42,636 bases of DNA. It comes from Hyphomonadaceae bacterium (lineage in GTDB: Bacteria; Pseudomonadota; Alphaproteobacteria; Caulobacterales; Hyphomonadaceae). This document shows positions 41,045 through 42,636 of the stretch, in pieces. A program made the translations under genes and the position numbers. The stretch is from contig JAUYSA010000157.1 in NCBI GenBank assembly GCA_030696545.1, positions 1-42,636 of the forward strand. The letters are read 5' to 3'. The notes below the pieces were generated by a model. It was not told the DNA's origin. It ran no database searches and worked only from the letters and a program-made list of their open reading frames with translations. Numbering within the stretch: the stretch's first letter is position 1; the number at the start of each line of letters is the position of its first letter.

Positions 41045-41056
41045 GGATTTTGAGTC
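41045..41056. repeat. attR core (direct repeat GGATTTTGAGTC)
   Basis: Identical to 24973-24984. Confidence 0.85.
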
Positions 41057-41086
41057 CGTTGCGTCTGCCAATTCCGCCACTCCCGC
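41045..41086 (-). pseudogene. 5-prime fragment of the disrupted tRNA-Leu(CAA) (acceptor to anticodon loop)
   Basis: Minus strand reads GCGGGAGTGGCGGAATTGGCAGACGCAACGGACTCAAAATCC. GCGGGAG pairs with CTCCCGC of the 24928-24984 fragment, and ACGGA pairs with TCCGT there. What follows it (TGAGTGCCTCTCGCGG...) cannot complete a tRNA. Confidence 0.9.
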
Positions 41087-41371
41087 GAGCGCGAGGGGCG
41101 GTGTTAGCGCAGGTGCGCGGCCAGTTAAAGAGGCCGTCTATCAGCTGGAGATCGTGGCCGGGCTTATGAGCTGGATGCTGAAATAGGCGCCAAGGATCAC
41201 GCACATTGCCCAATGCGGGGCAACGCGGAGCGATACAGAACGGATGTTGCGGAGGGTGCGCATAGGGACGACCCGAAACTCTAAGCCGCGGCGGACCATC
41301 CGGCGCGTGATCAGAGCCTCGCCCAAGATCGCAAATATCCGGTTCACGAGATGCAGAAATTTTGATCGAAT

Positions 41372-42019
41372 TTAGTGGATCAGCGCAGCCGCCGCGAAGC
41401 CGCCGATCAGGATCACCACGAAAAGCAGCATGAAGAGGCCGACCCGCTTCTCGATGATCGGGGCCAGGGTCGGGCCAAATTTCTGGAACAGCCACCCGAC
41501 CAGGAAGAATCTGGCCGCACGCGTGACCAGACAGGACGCAATGAACATCAGTGGGTCCATGCCCGCCGCGCCCGAGACGATCGTGACCAGCTTGAAGGGG
41601 ATCGGCGTCAGGCCTTTGATCAGGATGATCCAGACGCCCACCGTGGCGTAAGCCGTGCGGAATTCCTCTTCCTTGCCGCCATAGCCGAAGAAATTCAGAA
41701 TGTGCGCGCCGACCGCCTCGAACAGGTAGAAGCCGATCGCGTAACCGAGCATGGCGCCGGCCACGGAGGCTATTGTGCAGCCCAAGGCATAACGCGCCCA
41801 GCGTTCCGGCCGGGCGAAGCACATCGGGGCGAGCATCACGTCGGGCGGGATCGGGAAGAACGAGCTTTCCGCAAAGGATACGGTCCAGAGCGCCGGTTCG
41901 GCGCTTTTCCCGCCAGCGAGGCGGATCACCCAGTTATAGAGGGCGCCGAGGGGGCCTTTCGCCTTGGGCGTGTGCGGCGCAACGGCAGGAGCCTCGGCAA
42001 CGGTGGTGGCGTCAGTCAT
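41372..42019 (-). CDS. DedA/YqaA-family membrane protein
   Basis: ORF 41372..42037 (TTG). ATG 42019 is preferred as the start. Motif SFAESSFFPIPPDVMLAPM plus several TM segments is typical of the SNARE-associated / DedA (YqaA) family. Confidence 0.8.
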   Translation of the reverse strand: MTDATTVAEAPAVAPHTPKAKGPLGALYNWVIRLAGGKSAEPALWTVSFAESSFFPIPPDVMLAPMCFARPERWARYALGCTIASVAGAMLGYAIGFYLFEAVGAHILNFFGYGGKEEEFRTAYATVGVWIILIKGLTPIPFKLVTIVSGAAGMDPLMFIASCLVTRAARFFLVGWLFQKFGPTLAPIIEKRVGLFMLLFVVILIGGFAAAALIH

Positions 42020-42219
42020 CGGATGGCTGTCCCGCAATGCACAAAATCGGACCGATCCAAGCGAGTAGCACGGGACGGGCCAGATGAAACCTCAACAAGG
42101 CGACACGATAGGAGCAAGTGATTGAACCTAACGTCAACGGCGTTTCGCCGCGCTGCCGTACGGGTGAACTGCTGTTTCGTCGCATTGTCGCCCATCTGCC
42201 CCCCGATAGCTTGATACCT

Positions 42220-42636
42220 ATGGAGAAGCTGCCGTTTGATCGGGTTAGATGGCCGCTGGTCGCCCTGCTTGCCTCGGCGGGGATGCTGGCTGCGGCCTAT
42301 GGCATCTTCGAAACCCTGCTGCATCTTGCGCCCTGTCAGATGTGCTGGTGGCAGCGTTATGCGCATTTTGCAGCCTGCGGCGTGGCGCTGGTCGCCATCG
42401 TCCTGAACTGGCGCGGCGCCGGGCCACGGACGATGACGGGGTTTTCGATCCTGCTGGGGCTCACGTTTGCGGTAAGCTTCTTCCTGGGCGGTTGGCACGC
42501 CCTGTTCGAGTGGAACCTCGCGCCGGGGCCAGACACCTGCGTGGCGACGACGGGATCTGAGCCGATCACGGGCAATCTTTCGGATATACTGAGCAAGCCG
42601 ATCGGCATCGTCTCCTGCAAGGAAGCGATGTGGCGC
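42220..42636 (+). CDS. dsbB: disulfide bond formation protein B family (3-prime end beyond window)
   Basis: Absent from the ORF track because it is open at the window edge. Manual translation from ATG 42220 gives MEKLPFDRVRWPLVALLASAGMLAAAYGIFETLLHLAPCQMCWWQRYAHFAACGVALVAI...GGWHALFEWNLAPGPDTCVATTG...IVSCKEAMWR. It has the CxxC pair in TM1 and a second Cys pair in the periplasmic loop. Confidence 0.75.
   Translation, partial: MEKLPFDRVRWPLVALLASAGMLAAAYGIFETLLHLAPCQMCWWQRYAHFAACGVALVAIVLNWRGAGPRTMTGFSILLGLTFAVSFFLGGWHALFEWNLAPGPDTCVATTGSEPITGNLSDILSKPIGIVSCKEAMWR

Larger units (their letters stand above)
24973..41056. mobile_element. 16.1-kb integrative element in tRNA-Leu(CAA), phage-satellite-like (PICI/VEIME-like) organisation
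   Basis: It is bounded by 12-bp direct repeats. The two flanking tRNA fragments join into a perfect cloverleaf. Content is integrase, excisionase-like HTHs, PrimPol-helicase, iteron origin, TerS-like protein, regulators and cargo. I recognise no capsid, portal, TerL or tail genes. Confidence 0.85.

Noticed and set aside
40941-41822. 293-aa minus-strand ORF, and the 68-aa ORF 41141..41347(-)
   Set aside because: The long ORF overlaps the DedA gene in another frame and crosses the tRNA fragment and attR. The 68-aa ORF has no RBS or family support. Neither could be supported.

Overview
This is a high-GC alphaproteobacterial chromosome segment. The lineage call rests on a circularly permuted two-piece tmRNA with tag ANDNFAQDQALAA and an SspB-alpha homolog. 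All family calls come from motif recognition by eye; no database search was run.

Bases 1-24.9 kb and 41.1-42.6 kb are ordinary core genome:
- Metabolism and stress: GST, folA, thyA, aqpZ, osmC, a VOC-family protein, cytochrome P450, a Cys/Met PLP enzyme, a PaaI thioesterase, a DUF3445 protein, a Mug-type glycosylase and a flavin amine oxidase.
- Regulators: a WYL regulator and a TetR regulator.
- Envelope and secreted: a TonB-dependent receptor, a TPR lipoprotein, extensin-like and RcnB-like secreted proteins, DedA and DsbB.
- tmRNA system: ssrA and sspB.

The accessory part is a 16.1-kb integrative element at about 24973-41056.
- It is bounded by a 12-bp direct repeat (GGATTTTGAGTC) that lies in the anticodon loop of a tRNA-Leu(CAA) gene.
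- The host tRNA is split into a 3-prime fragment (24928-24984) and a 5-prime fragment (41045-41086) and is not repaired. The element carries its own intact tRNA-Leu(CAA) at 40808-40889.
- Gene order is phage-satellite-like (PICI/VEIME-like): tyrosine integrase, HNH protein, two AlpA/excisionase-like HTH proteins, PrimPol-helicase, iteron plus AT-rich origin, TerS-like protein, a run of small genes, and an RHH regulator with a divergent module. I recognise no capsid, portal, large terminase or tail genes.

The best candidate for a new system is a tight four-gene minus-strand operon in the attR-proximal cargo slot (36785-39506). It encodes a tandem-duplicated ParB/Srx-like protein with one intact DGQHR motif, an RHH protein, an HTH protein and a protein with a HEPN-type R-x4-H motif.
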